Assembly (NCBI GenBank): GCA_051252375.1
Contig: JBPOFY010000002.1
Span: 224,001 to 288,000 of the forward strand
DNA length: 64,000 nt
Direction of reading: 5' to 3'
From: Opitutaceae bacterium
Lineage (GTDB): Bacteria > Verrucomicrobiota > Verrucomicrobiia > Opitutales > Coraliomargaritaceae
Shown: positions 49,216-59,675 of the stretch, piece after piece
Layout: the number at the start of each line of letters is the position of its first letter
Position numbering within the stretch: position 1 is the stretch's first letter
Notes under the pieces: model-generated
What the model was told of the DNA's origin: nothing
Database searches by the model: none
What the model saw: the letters and a program-made list of their open reading frames with translations, nothing else
Program-made: the position numbers and the translations under genes

Positions 49216-52179
49216 CTAGTTCCCGAACACACTATTGAATAGATCCAGCCCCATTTCGATATCGTCACGGCGCTTTTCATCTTTGGTTTTCTCCACAGGC
49301 TGTGTCTGCGTCTGCGTCGCGGCATTCGGATCCACGGCTTGGGTCGGATTAGCGATCAAAGGATCAGCGGTGGGTGCGGCGGGTGCGGCGGGTGCCGGTG
49401 CGCTCTTCGGTTTTGCAAGAGCTGAACGTGCAGCCTTATTCAACAGGTCCATCAATTGATCTGAATTTGGCTTTGCGAGTGTGCCGGTCAGGTTGACGGC
49501 CTGATTCCAACGGCGGAAGCCATCTTCTGCGGTGGTCGGCTTTAACAATTGAAGCGTCTCAAGGTAGTTAGTGAGTCGCCCCTTCGCGCCCAATTCCAAA
49601 CCGAGCTGTAGAGGCTGGTTCAAAATCTCTTTATAACTGCTCGCAGCCACCATTCCAGAGCCATTGATCAATATGCTATCCCCGATAAACTTAATTTGTG
49701 GGATCATGATCCGCTTGTCGCCTCCGCGCTTCAATTCGAGGATGAAGTCGGAGAAGTGTATGTCCTTAAAGTAAGGAACTGCTTCAGCCAAAGCAGAGAT
49801 TCCTGGTCGATCAAATGCTTGCCCTAAAATACCTGCACCGAGTAGTCCCATCTGGCTACGATTATCCAACTCAAACGCGGTCAAAATACCATCCTTGCCC
49901 GTAATCGTTAAATCACCGACTCCATTATCCAGAGCCTGCTCTAGGGTAGCGCCCGCCCCGGACAATGCGAACTGACCATCGAAGAGACCTTGAATCGGAA
50001 AGCTGCCAGAGGCTTTCTTCGAAAAGATCGACGGATCGATCTGCTTGAACGCCAGATTAGCTAACACAGTATAGGCATTCGCCTGCGTCTTTGCATAGCG
50101 CACTTCACTGCTACCATTCAATGTGCCATCCACTAATTTTGCCGTGATCCCCTTCACCTGTAAAAGTGGCTCAGATACCAGTGCCTGTGCAGCTACCATA
50201 GTTATGAGTTGCCCCGAAGTCAGGATGACGCGATCGAACTGAATTGTGGCCTCACCTTTCACCGCCGACCAAGCTGGCGCGGCGGTAATTGTTTGCGCTG
50301 CTGGCTGACGAGTGCCGCCGCCAACTGAAGGTCTGATCGGCGCGCTTGGCGTCGGCGCAGTCACACTACCCGATTCGTGTGGCGAAAATGCAGCAAGCAA
50401 TAGATCGAGATCAGACTGCGTAATCTGCGGTCCTTTCAGATCTGCCTTAAATGCAAGTGGTTCGCTGGCCACATTGGCCTGCCCTGAGAATTGCAGACTT
50501 GTGCTGGGACGCTCGGCAATACCCGCCTCAAGGTTGGCACCAATCGCCCAAACGTTTAGCTGGGGTGTTTTCACTTGCGCGGCGAATCGATAGTCCTTCG
50601 TCCGACCGGGCTCAGAGCGAGGTCGTAAGCCACGTATGGATCCCTGCGCCTCCAAGGGAAATTCTTTTTTTCCATCGACCGCTAATTTAAGTGCTAAAGT
50701 GCCACCCAAGATCGAAGCTTTATCCTTTAACACCGGCAACTGAAACAGCTCTTGTAAACCAATGTTGAGGTCCGCCGAGACTTGCTGCCCCGCAAATGGA
50801 TTTCCAGGAACAGCAGCCTTTGGATCGGCACGCCCCTGGACTTCGCCACTGATGACTTCGCCGTAGCGGTCGCTCATTTTCAGAGTATTCAATTCATAAC
50901 TAATCGATTGATCAGCGTTTACCCGAATAACCGGGTTCATGGTGATGGTGAACTGATCCAACATCAATTGCTCCCCATATCGCACATTGATCGGTCCCAC
51001 TGTGAGCGGCGCGGCAGTGCGCACTTCCATCGCCCCATCTGGCATACCAGTGACCTTCACTTGCACACTCAAAGGCGCTCCCTCGACAAACATACCTTCT
51101 GGCATCCAAGGTCCAAGCCACGCCAAAGGAAGACTCGATAGTTGCAGGTCCAACAATTCACCACTCAAACTTTGTTTGCCTCCTAATGTCAGCGCCTGCT
51201 TGAGCTGCATATCAATAAGCTGACTGCCATTCGCCGCGACTGCCATCGCAGCTTTAGTCAAAGTCATACGCTCACCCTCAACACGTGCTGCGGCATCGCC
51301 GGACACCTTGAGCGCCCCCATTGTGGCCAGTTCAGGCATAAACATTTCAGGCCGTTGGATATCGGCTATAAATTGAACCTGCAGATCAGCAGTTTCCTCG
51401 AAACCATCAAAACTCAAGTCCAGCTTATTAGATATCGAAAGCAACTGACTGCCATTCGCATCCTTGCCAACTGTTTGCGAGTCAATGTGCACTTCCTCAA
51501 ACCCGCCAGTAGACTTTTGTTTAAAGCGCAACTGAGTCTTCGAATCAAATTCCTTCAAGCCAGATTGTATCGCCTCGCTGGATACAAGTGAAAGCGAAGC
51601 ATCCAAAACAGTCTCTACTCCCGGACGAATCAGCCCAGACTGCACATCGAAAACATAAGTCGAGCCGGTGCTATCTTTAAGCTTACCATTGAGCTTGATC
51701 GTTTCGATATCCAACAGCCAATCCAAGTTCCCAATCATGTTGATGGCGTCCCATGGGTTACCATCTGAAGAAGCAGGTGTCTCCGACTTGATTCTCGGCT
51801 CAGACTTAGTCGGCTCCGAGGTTGTGCCTGCTGATCCAGTGGATGTTGCTGCCACCTGAGCGGGCAAGTTAACGATCAAACCATCCACCTCCAAAACACC
51901 CATCTGAATGGTTTTATCAAACAACGCGGCCAATGGCGAAAATGTCGTATCCACTTCTGCGACCTTGATGCGCGTGCCATCCGGCATCGAGAGAACCAAC
52001 TCCGTTAATTGCAGCGTGCTGCTGGTCACATGCACATATTTAACCGAACTGCCCTCCGGCAATTTGCGCTCGATCATTTTCTTCTGAAAGCCTGCATTCG
52101 TGACGACAAAATAGCCACCCACCAGCAAAACGAGCACTAGGATACAAAAAAAGAGAAATAAACGTAGAAATGTCTTCAT
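49216..52179 (-). CDS. Large AsmA-like envelope protein
   Basis: N-terminal TM anchor, long beta-rich body, C-terminal LTGTLAKP typical of AsmA-like proteins. Confidence 0.65.
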   Translation of the reverse strand: MKTFLRLFLFFCILVLVLLVGGYFVVTNAGFQKKMIERKLPEGSSVKYVHVTSSTLQLTELVLSMPDGTRIKVAEVDTTFSPLAALFDKTIQMGVLEVDGLIVNLPAQVAATSTGSAGTTSEPTKSEPRIKSETPASSDGNPWDAINMIGNLDWLLDIETIKLNGKLKDSTGSTYVFDVQSGLIRPGVETVLDASLSLVSSEAIQSGLKEFDSKTQLRFKQKSTGGFEEVHIDSQTVGKDANGSQLLSISNKLDLSFDGFEETADLQVQFIADIQRPEMFMPELATMGALKVSGDAAARVEGERMTLTKAAMAVAANGSQLIDMQLKQALTLGGKQSLSGELLDLQLSSLPLAWLGPWMPEGMFVEGAPLSVQVKVTGMPDGAMEVRTAAPLTVGPINVRYGEQLMLDQFTITMNPVIRVNADQSISYELNTLKMSDRYGEVISGEVQGRADPKAAVPGNPFAGQQVSADLNIGLQELFQLPVLKDKASILGGTLALKLAVDGKKEFPLEAQGSIRGLRPRSEPGRTKDYRFAAQVKTPQLNVWAIGANLEAGIAERPSTSLQFSGQANVASEPLAFKADLKGPQITQSDLDLLLAAFSPHESGSVTAPTPSAPIRPSVGGGTRQPAAQTITAAPAWSAVKGEATIQFDRVILTSGQLITMVAAQALVSEPLLQVKGITAKLVDGTLNGSSEVRYAKTQANAYTVLANLAFKQIDPSIFSKKASGSFPIQGLFDGQFALSGAGATLEQALDNGVGDLTITGKDGILTAFELDNRSQMGLLGAGILGQAFDRPGISALAEAVPYFKDIHFSDFILELKRGGDKRIMIPQIKFIGDSILINGSGMVAASSYKEILNQPLQLGLELGAKGRLTNYLETLQLLKPTTAEDGFRRWNQAVNLTGTLAKPNSDQLMDLLNKAARSALAKPKSAPAPAAPAAPTADPLIANPTQAVDPNAATQTQTQPVEKTKDEKRRDDIEMGLDLFNSVFGN

Positions 52180-52322
52180 AAGAGAAAATTAGGAATAGTG
52201 TTATTACGGTATAAGAAAGGGTGCAGTCCGCAAGGTTCCTCATTTGGAATTATACCGAATCAATTAGATTTTCACGGATAACGCAGGTGCCTGCGCACTA
52301 TTTAAAGGAGGAATCACTCTAA

Positions 52323-52420
52323 AGGTAGCGGCGGTCGTCCCGACCGCCATTGCATGTGATTCGCTCCGAGTCAGGTTGGACAGCTCAGACGTGTGGCGAT
52401 GGGGACCATCGCTGCTACCT
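52323..52420. repeat. GTAG-type REP doublet (REPIN)
   Basis: aggtagcggcggtcgtcccgaccgcc ... ggcgatggggaccatcgctgctacct. Confidence 0.75.
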
Positions 52421-52494
52421 AATTGCATCAACATTTCAAGCAAAGACACCCTGCTTCAAGAATGCGCAACCAGCTGATAATTATGCGCTTAGAC

Positions 52495-52600
<106 letters not shown>

Positions 52601-52694
52601 TATACTTTTTTCTTTGCAGCAAGCGTAATTCGGCAAATCTGCAATTTACTTAATTCACTTATAACTAGCATTAGTTCTGCTTATCTATGGACTC

Positions 52695-52800
<106 letters not shown>

Positions 52801-52903
52801 AAATGTATATAACACTTAGTGTGCCAACTCCTCAAAAGTTCCGTTTTTTTGGCATAAATCACTGGAGATTGCTACTCGCGAGCGTAGTATCGCGGTATAG
52901 AAA

Positions 52904-53269
52904 ATGAAATTTAGCAAAAGCACAGAAGACATGATTGCCGATTTTCGCGGTCTCCCTCACACGGTCACTGCCTCGTCACGCAAAGACCCGGCGACACTCG
53001 ACAGTCTTCTAGTCCTCTTACAGGAACAGTATAAATTAGAGAAGCCCACCCCGGAACGCACGCTAGTGGAAAACTGGGAAAAAGTCTTTGGGCCCAAACT
53101 CGCTGCCCGATGTCACCCAGTGCGTATTAAAGACGAACACACGCTCATCGTCTCAGTGACCAACCAAACACTGCGCTCTGAACTTCAATTTCAAAAACGT
53201 GCCGTCTTAAAGCGGATACATGGCTTAGAAAATTGCGGCGACATCAAAGACATCGTCATTCGCAGTTAA
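52904..53269 (+). CDS. dciA: DciA/DUF721 family protein
   Basis: ENWEKVFGPKLAARCHP..LIVSV..ELQF.K..LKRI. Confidence 0.8.
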   Translation: MKFSKSTEDMIADFRGLPHTVTASSRKDPATLDSLLVLLQEQYKLEKPTPERTLVENWEKVFGPKLAARCHPVRIKDEHTLIVSVTNQTLRSELQFQKRAVLKRIHGLENCGDIKDIVIRS

Positions 53270-53273
53270 TTCA

Positions 53274-53346
53274 GGTAGGGACGCCTGCCCTCAGGCGTCC
53301 GAGACAGCACGAAAGATCGGAATGCCTAGGAGCAGGCGGCCCAACC
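53274..53346. repeat. GTAG-type REP doublet (second family), between convergent genes
   Basis: ggtagggacgcctgccctcaggcgtcc ... ggaatgcctaggagcaggcggcccaacc. Confidence 0.65.
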
Positions 53347-53362
53347 AAATAGTCTTCATTCC

Positions 53363-54154
53363 CTACAAACCTTCCAGCGCCGCCGCCACATCGGCGTTAG
53401 ACAGTTCCATATACTCTCTGCAGAACTCTAGCATATCTTCGTGCATGGGAGCCGCGAAGGTGATCGGTCCTTCTGGAAATTCGAATACGTAACGATAGCA
53501 ATGCAGCGCCTGGCGCTTAATCGGCAAGGCTGCTTCTAGGCGATCGGTCCAACCGTTCTCGATAAACTCGATGTAGAGCGTTTCATCGGGACCGTATATT
53601 TTATCTCCCACCACCTTATAGTTCAGGTGTTCAGCATGCACCCGTATCTGATGCTTGCGCCCAGTCTCCGGGATTACGCGGCAGAGTGTGTATCCGTTTT
53701 TGGATACGATCGGCACAAAGTCCGTCACCGCGGTTTGCGAAGTGCGATCGTAACTGACTTCCGACTTCACAAACACTGGGCCTCCCTTTCGGCGAGCGAT
53801 CGGCTCATCGACATGCAACGTTTCGGAGAACTCACCTTCCAATAAAGCGAGATAATCCTTTTTCACGATACGCTGTTGAATCGCCATCTGAAATTTCCGA
53901 GCCACGGAGGGACGTTTAGCGAAAATAATGAGACCACTGGTTTCACGATCTAAGCGAGCGACCAAATGAATTTTATCCGCGCCAGTATGTTCTGCAACAA
54001 CACCGACTAGGCTCGACATCGGTCCGTTCTTGGATGGATGACAGACCAACCAACCGGGTTTATTGACGATCAGTAAGTTGTCATCTTCTTGCACAATCCA
54101 TTCAGGAAAGACGCTAGGGTCGACTAGGGGGGCTTCTTCGCCGTATGGATCCAT
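53363..54154 (-). CDS. RluA family pseudouridine synthase
   Basis: NKPGWLVCHP, RLDRETSG, TGRKHQIRVH, GDKIYG, QALH. Confidence 0.93.
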   Translation of the reverse strand: MDPYGEEAPLVDPSVFPEWIVQEDDNLLIVNKPGWLVCHPSKNGPMSSLVGVVAEHTGADKIHLVARLDRETSGLIIFAKRPSVARKFQMAIQQRIVKKDYLALLEGEFSETLHVDEPIARRKGGPVFVKSEVSYDRTSQTAVTDFVPIVSKNGYTLCRVIPETGRKHQIRVHAEHLNYKVVGDKIYGPDETLYIEFIENGWTDRLEAALPIKRQALHCYRYVFEFPEGPITFAAPMHEDMLEFCREYMELSNADVAAALEGL

Positions 54155-54984
54155 TAAGAATTTCCTTTATGTTGCTCCAAACGCAGTTTGCGCAGGATGA
54201 TGCCGCCAATCCGCGTGACGGCTACGATTGGGAATTTACTCCCAAAGAATGCGATGCATTTGTTTTTCCAACCCGTCACTGTGAATGACCGCCCCTTCGC
54301 TAATGCGCTGAGGGTATACTCAGCCACTTCGTCGGCAGTCATATCCAGCGTCGCATTTGCCCCACTGTTCATGGGCGGGGACTCAAAACCAGCTGATTTA
54401 TAGAAATTTGACCGCGTCGGACCCGGGCAAATAGCTAAAGCCCGCACGGACGTGCCCCGAAGGTCTTCATTCAGCGCCAAAGTCCAATTCAGAACAAAAG
54501 CTTTTGTGGCTCCGTAAGTCGCCAAAAATGGCGTGGGCTGAAAGGCCGAAGTGGAGGCAATATTCACAATCGCCCCGCCGCGTTCTAGCAGTTGAGGGAG
54601 TAATCGAGTCGTTAAATCCACCACCGCCCTAACATTTAAATCTATCATATTCAACTGCTTGCCAATATCCAGGTCCGGCATGCGACCGTAATCACCGTAT
54701 CCGCTATTATTAAAAAGGACCACTTCACCAGGTGGAGCTGCCTCGATAATACCCTGCAACTGCTCCGCAGCCACAGCCAGTGCACTCGCATCGGATAAAT
54801 CGACGCCAATATGATACCCATTTTTACCCAAAAAAACCTCAGGTTTCGACCGAGAAAGGTTGCATAGGCAGACATCAGGACTTACTATCTTAATTGCTTT
54901 GATAATTGAGCAGCCAATTCCTGATGAACCACCCGTAACAATGATTACGGACGCATGGTTTAAATATTCTGAGGGGGTTGGCAT
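54154..54984 (-). CDS. SDR family oxidoreductase
   Basis: TGGSSGIG, NNSG, YGATK. Confidence 0.92.
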   Translation of the reverse strand: MPTPSEYLNHASVIIVTGGSSGIGCSIIKAIKIVSPDVCLCNLSRSKPEVFLGKNGYHIGVDLSDASALAVAAEQLQGIIEAAPPGEVVLFNNSGYGDYGRMPDLDIGKQLNMIDLNVRAVVDLTTRLLPQLLERGGAIVNIASTSAFQPTPFLATYGATKAFVLNWTLALNEDLRGTSVRALAICPGPTRSNFYKSAGFESPPMNSGANATLDMTADEVAEYTLSALAKGRSFTVTGWKNKCIAFFGSKFPIVAVTRIGGIILRKLRLEQHKGNS

Positions 54985-55062
54985 TTTTTATGTCCAGTTA
55001 TCTAAAAGCGGCGGTGTCAATCGACTCCGTTAAATGGAACCAATAACAAAAGGAAAAATAAT

Positions 55063-55428
55063 ATGAAGCAACATGATGTTATCATCTCAGGTTTGAACAT
55101 GGATCTCACCGAAGCGATGAAAAATATGGTTCATGACAAAGCAGAAAAACTCTTCGAGCACGAAGATCACATTATCCGTATGCGGGTAGAACTGGAATAC
55201 GACCAGCATCAAGCGTCGCACCAGAAAGAATTTATCGCCAAGGGTCAGCTCGAAGTCCGCGGCAACGACCATTTCGCCTCAGATGCGACCGGCGATATGT
55301 ATAAGTCGATCGACGGGATGATCCAGAAACTTGACCGAATGTTGCGGCGACGCCATCGATTGGCCAAGGTGAAGCGGAAAGACACTCACGCAGTGGAGAT
55401 TCCTTCTGAAATCCCGAAGGCCATGTAG
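55063..55428 (+). CDS. hpf: Ribosome hibernation factor HPF/RaiA
   Basis: ISG.NMDLTEAMK, DMYKSID...KL.R.LRR. Confidence 0.88.
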   Translation: MKQHDVIISGLNMDLTEAMKNMVHDKAEKLFEHEDHIIRMRVELEYDQHQASHQKEFIAKGQLEVRGNDHFASDATGDMYKSIDGMIQKLDRMLRRRHRLAKVKRKDTHAVEIPSEIPKAM

Positions 55429-55450
55429 CTCTGTTTCAGAGACATTTTCC

Positions 55451-55488
55451 AAGCCCGACCCTCGTCTGAGAGTCGGGCTTGCTTTTTT
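55451..55488 (+). terminator. Rho-independent terminator after hpf
   Basis: aagcccgac...gtcgggctt followed by gctttttt. Confidence 0.75.
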
Positions 55489-55514
55489 CTCAGTTTTGGC
55501 AAGCGTTTCGCACC

Positions 55515-55874
55515 ATGAATCCTTCCATCTACCACGTCCTTCACTTTATCGGCATCTTGATGCTTTTCATGGGCTACGGCGCCCTCCTCGGTCGCAGCAT
55601 GGCTGGCAGCGACGACGCCCGCGTCAAAAAGCTCGGCTCGATCACCAGCGGCATCGGCCTCTTGCTAATGATTATCGCCGGATTTGGCCTAGTCGCCAAG
55701 GTCTACGGTAACAGCTTTGAACCATGGATGATCGCGAAGGTCGTCATCTGGTTCGTGCTCGGCGGTCTGATCGCGCTAATAAATCGCAAGCCAGCCTTAG
55801 CAGTGGCACTCTGGTGGGGATTGATCGGCCTCGGAGCCGTCGCCGCGGTGATGGTTTACATCCGCCCGTTCTAA
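55515..55874 (+). CDS. Four-TM membrane protein (SirB2-like)
   Basis: YHVLH..G, GFGL, WMIAK, four hydrophobic helices. Confidence 0.7.
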   Translation: MNPSIYHVLHFIGILMLFMGYGALLGRSMAGSDDARVKKLGSITSGIGLLLMIIAGFGLVAKVYGNSFEPWMIAKVVIWFVLGGLIALINRKPALAVALWWGLIGLGAVAAVMVYIRPF

Positions 55875-55896
55875 ACGCGGAACAGATACAGGCAGG

Positions 55897-55997
55897 GAAC
55901 GTTCAACATCGAACGTCCAACATCGAATATTGAAGTCCAGACTTACGTATCAATTCAGCATTCAAAGTTGGACGTGGAATGTTCGATGTTCAATGTC
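55897..55997. repeat. Inverted array of 7-bp tandem repeats
   Basis: gaacgtt caacatc gaacgtc caacatc gaatatt ... aaagttg gacgtgg aatgttc gatgttc aatgtcc, between convergent genes. Confidence 0.75.
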
Positions 55998-55999
55998 CC

Positions 56000-56245
56000 C
56001 TACTCCTCTTCGTCCGTGCCGTATTTCTCCAGCGTGTAAACGAAAAGGTCTTCCACTTTTTTGCGGGCCCATGGTGTGCGACGCAAAAACTTGAGACTGG
56101 ATTTTACCGTCGGTTCAAACATGAAGCAGCGAATCTCGATACGCGCCGCCAGTTCTTCCCAACCATAATAGTCGGAAAGGCTGATCATGATTTGCTCTAG
56201 AGTATATCCGTGAAGCGGATTGTTGGGCTGTTTTTCAACTGGCAT
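56000..56245 (-). CDS. VF530/DUF2132 family DNA-binding protein
   Basis: [36 protein letters not shown]. Confidence 0.9.
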   Translation of the reverse strand: MPVEKQPNNPLHGYTLEQIMISLSDYYGWEELAARIEIRCFMFEPTVKSSLKFLRRTPWARKKVEDLFVYTLEKYGTDEEE

Positions 56246-56251
56246 CGTTTT

Positions 56252-57625
56252 CTAAACTCCGGCGATATCTTTAAAGATCTGCTCGAAAGCGGTGATCGCG
56301 TTATCCATTAAGCCCAAATCAAAGCCTTCGTCGGGAGCATGCAGATTATCAATTGGCGTAAACAAACCGACCATCAGAGCTTCGAGACCAGCGCGTTTAT
56401 TGAAATCCGCAATCACGGGAATACTTCCCCCCTCACGCAAATAAATCGGCGCATTGCCGAAAGAAGCTTCGATCGCCTTGTCGGCAGATTTGAATGCCCT
56501 AGCCAATGACTCTGGCTGATCAGCTGGTGTATTCGGGCGCTCTGGCGGAATCGCCAAATAAGCCGCCGCTATACCGCCATCTCGAAAACTGATTGTGACG
56601 CCATCAGGGCAACGCTCGCGGATCGTTTCATAAAGTTGCTTTTGGATTTTTTCGGGATCCTGATTCGCCACTAATCGACAAGTGATCTTCACGAAAGCTT
56701 CACTCGGGATGACAGTCTTCGAGCCAGTGCCTTGGTAACCACCGCCAATACCGTTGAACTCAAGCGTGGGACCGAAACGCACTGCCTCCAAAGGCGACAG
56801 ACCATTTGCTGGGTAAAATGCCGGCACATCCAACATCGCTTGATAACTTTCAGCCGTCTCTGGATAGCGCTTCAACTCTTCACGCTCCCATTCGAGAACT
56901 GGCAGCACATCGTCGTAAAATCCGGGCACATTCACACTTCCGTCAGCATTGTGCAAAGACGCGCAAATCTCAGTCAATGCGAGGATCGGATTATAGACCG
57001 CACCACCATGTATACCGGAGTGCAGGTCGGATTTGGCGCCTCGCAATTTGATTTCAAAATCAACCAAACCACGCAAAGCAGTAGTGATGACGATCTGTTC
57101 GGTGTTCGGACTCCCAGTATCGGACACCAAAATAAAATCGGCCTTAGAAAGACGCTCGGCATGGCTATCGAAAAACGCGGGCATGCTTTCGCTGCCGATC
57201 TCTTCTTCGCCCTCGATCACGTAAGTAATATTCAGAGGCAAATCCGGGTTCTCTGCCAAGACACGTGAAAGCGCCGTCATGTGCACGATCGTCGGGCCTT
57301 TGTTATCCGCCGCACCTCGTCCATAAATACGACCATCGCGCACATCCGGCTCAAATGGCTCAGTGGTCCACAAATGAAACGGATCTGCAGGTTGCACATC
57401 ATAGTGACCGTAAATCACAATATGCGGCCATGCGGGATCGCCGAAACGCTCTGCATACAGTATGGGATGATGCTCGGTGGGCACTACTTCGACCGAAAAA
57501 CCGAGCTGCTCCAATAAACCTTGAGCATAATTACGGGCACCAACCATACCTTCGGCATAAGCGGGATCCGTGGAAACGGAAGGAAAACGAATATATTCTT
57601 TAAGGGCGTCGAGCGGATTGAGCAT
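56252..57625 (-). CDS. M20 family metallo-dipeptidase
   Basis: YGHYDVQP, GRGAADNKG, EGEEE, DLHSG, GGSIP, HAPDE. Confidence 0.93.
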   Translation of the reverse strand: MLNPLDALKEYIRFPSVSTDPAYAEGMVGARNYAQGLLEQLGFSVEVVPTEHHPILYAERFGDPAWPHIVIYGHYDVQPADPFHLWTTEPFEPDVRDGRIYGRGAADNKGPTIVHMTALSRVLAENPDLPLNITYVIEGEEEIGSESMPAFFDSHAERLSKADFILVSDTGSPNTEQIVITTALRGLVDFEIKLRGAKSDLHSGIHGGAVYNPILALTEICASLHNADGSVNVPGFYDDVLPVLEWEREELKRYPETAESYQAMLDVPAFYPANGLSPLEAVRFGPTLEFNGIGGGYQGTGSKTVIPSEAFVKITCRLVANQDPEKIQKQLYETIRERCPDGVTISFRDGGIAAAYLAIPPERPNTPADQPESLARAFKSADKAIEASFGNAPIYLREGGSIPVIADFNKRAGLEALMVGLFTPIDNLHAPDEGFDLGLMDNAITAFEQIFKDIAGV

Positions 57626-57666
57626 ACAAAGTGAGTTATAATTAAAAAAATAAAGTGAGTAAACCG

Positions 57667-58449
57667 CTATCGGTTTTGATAAACCGCCATAGCCTTAGGC
57701 ATGAGCTCGTTTAACTTACGAATACGTGTGCTGCCGGATGGGTGCGTGGATATAAATTCAGGAACCGAACCACCACTCTGAGCATCCATACGCGACCAAA
57801 AACCTAGTGCTGCACGTGGGTCGTAGCCAGCCTTGGCTGCATAGATAAGCCCAATCTCATCGGCTTCACTTTCGTGGTAGCGACTATAAGGCAGCAGCAC
57901 ACCAACAGTGGTGCCTGCACCATAGGCAGCCATCAATAACTGACGGTCGCCGCTATCCATATCGGAAGTGCCAAACTGAAGCGCCAGTGCACCGCCAGCA
58001 GCAAGGAGCTGCTGCGAGACTCGCTCGTTGCCATGACCTGCGGCAACGTGCGCCACCTCATGCCCTATCACCACGGCTAGGTCCGCATCACTCTTGGCGA
58101 TTTTAAAGATACCAGTATAGACCGCTACTTTTCCACCTGGCATGGCAAAGGCATTGATCTGGCTATCGTCATCAAACACGACAAACTCCCACTGCGCATT
58201 CGGCATATCCGGCCCAGCGACATAAGCGATACGCTCCCCCACACGACGCACCATCGCATTATAGGTAGGGTCGCGTGAAATCGGAGTCTCCTGTTTAAGC
58301 TGCCCGAATTGAGCTGCCGACATCGACGCCAACTGGTCGGATGGCACTAGATGCAAGGCCGAACGACCGGTCTGCGGCACGGTATGACAACCCACACCAA
58401 GGAGGCTCAAACCTAGAAGAACTGCGGAAATAGCGGACTGAATTTTCAT
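57667..58449 (-). CDS. M48 family metallopeptidase lipoprotein
   Basis: NAFAMPGG, HEVAH, ESEAD, STHP; lipobox GVGC. Confidence 0.93.
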   Translation of the reverse strand: MKIQSAISAVLLGLSLLGVGCHTVPQTGRSALHLVPSDQLASMSAAQFGQLKQETPISRDPTYNAMVRRVGERIAYVAGPDMPNAQWEFVVFDDDSQINAFAMPGGKVAVYTGIFKIAKSDADLAVVIGHEVAHVAAGHGNERVSQQLLAAGGALALQFGTSDMDSGDRQLLMAAYGAGTTVGVLLPYSRYHESEADEIGLIYAAKAGYDPRAALGFWSRMDAQSGGSVPEFISTHPSGSTRIRKLNELMPKAMAVYQNR

Positions 58450-58547
58450 AATTGCAAAATATGGGTATATCGACCGAGTAAATCAAACTAAGTTCATCAG
58501 TTTTCACAATTGACCCAAACCGAGGACAATTCACTACCCCACCACCC

Positions 58548-59672
58548 TCAACGCTTCAACAACAGCGCTGTGCTGAAACGACTGCTACCATAAGTCGTCA
58601 TCTTGGCAAAATCCTCTTTTGCGATCGGGATGTGCTGATAATCCAACTCGCTGACCATCACACGGTCTGTATCGGGATCGGGGTCATGGACATATATGCA
58701 AAGTTCATCGCAGGCAGTCACCACCACCCAATGCGGCGCTTTGTCGCCATTCATCCGATAACTACTGATCAATACCATGACCGCATGACCCGCCTTCAAC
58801 CATTTCTCAATTTTAGCCACGGAGACAGCCGAGCAGTGTATCTTAATCTTTGCCTGCCGGCTACGCTCGATGAACTGTTGGTGCACCACCGCTAGGATGT
58901 CTTTTTTGTGCTGCACACGCACACCATCGAGAAACAGAGTCGATGTCTGACTCATGTAAACCTCAACATTATAGCCACGTTGATGCGCAGAAAGTGCCAA
59001 GCCAAGAGGATGGCAACCGCCATGCCCTGATGTCATGTAAATCGTGGTAGCCTCGCGCCAAAGATCCAACTCAAGGTTCTGATTCAAGACTAAGCTGCGA
59101 TCAATTCCGGACATCGCCATCATCAATGAAGCGGGGCCGCAGGTAAATTGTGTGGTCTGCCGATACCACGGGATTTCTGCTTCTTTTCGCGTAGTATCGG
59201 GAAACCGTATACGTTTCTGCATACGAAGCGCATCAGTATGATCCTCATAGTAACCAGGCAACTCACCAAAGATTCCATATCCCAAGCTCGTATACAGAGA
59301 TATTGCTGCGAGGTTTTTCTTCGAGACCTCCAAGCGCATAAATAGACGCCCGTCCTTCATCGCTTGCGCCTCTAAAGAATCCATCAATAACCGCCCCAAG
59401 CCGCGACCGCGCATGGCTGGATTGAGCGCGATAGAATACAGCCGTGCCAGTCGTGTTCCTTTATGCAACAAGACCAGTCCATAACCAATCAACTGCCCCG
59501 CCGACTCGATCACTGAAAGTATACGGCCGTCGACCTTCAACCAGCGTTGAAACGAGCGACGGCTTAAGCGATCGCTTTCAAAGCACAGATTTTCCAGCTC
59601 TAACAGCGCCTCCAAATCCGCCGACCCAGCATCCCGAATCAACACTGGCTCATTCGATGTATTTTGCCTCAT
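58548..59672 (-). CDS. GNAT acetyltransferase fused to C39-like peptidase (DUF3335)
   Basis: RGRGLG acetyl-CoA motif; QTTQFTCGPA, TSGHGGC, PHWVV, HDPD. Confidence 0.88.
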   Translation of the reverse strand: MRQNTSNEPVLIRDAGSADLEALLELENLCFESDRLSRRSFQRWLKVDGRILSVIESAGQLIGYGLVLLHKGTRLARLYSIALNPAMRGRGLGRLLMDSLEAQAMKDGRLFMRLEVSKKNLAAISLYTSLGYGIFGELPGYYEDHTDALRMQKRIRFPDTTRKEAEIPWYRQTTQFTCGPASLMMAMSGIDRSLVLNQNLELDLWREATTIYMTSGHGGCHPLGLALSAHQRGYNVEVYMSQTSTLFLDGVRVQHKKDILAVVHQQFIERSRQAKIKIHCSAVSVAKIEKWLKAGHAVMVLISSYRMNGDKAPHWVVVTACDELCIYVHDPDPDTDRVMVSELDYQHIPIAKEDFAKMTTYGSSRFSTALLLKR

Positions 59673-59675
59673 TAC

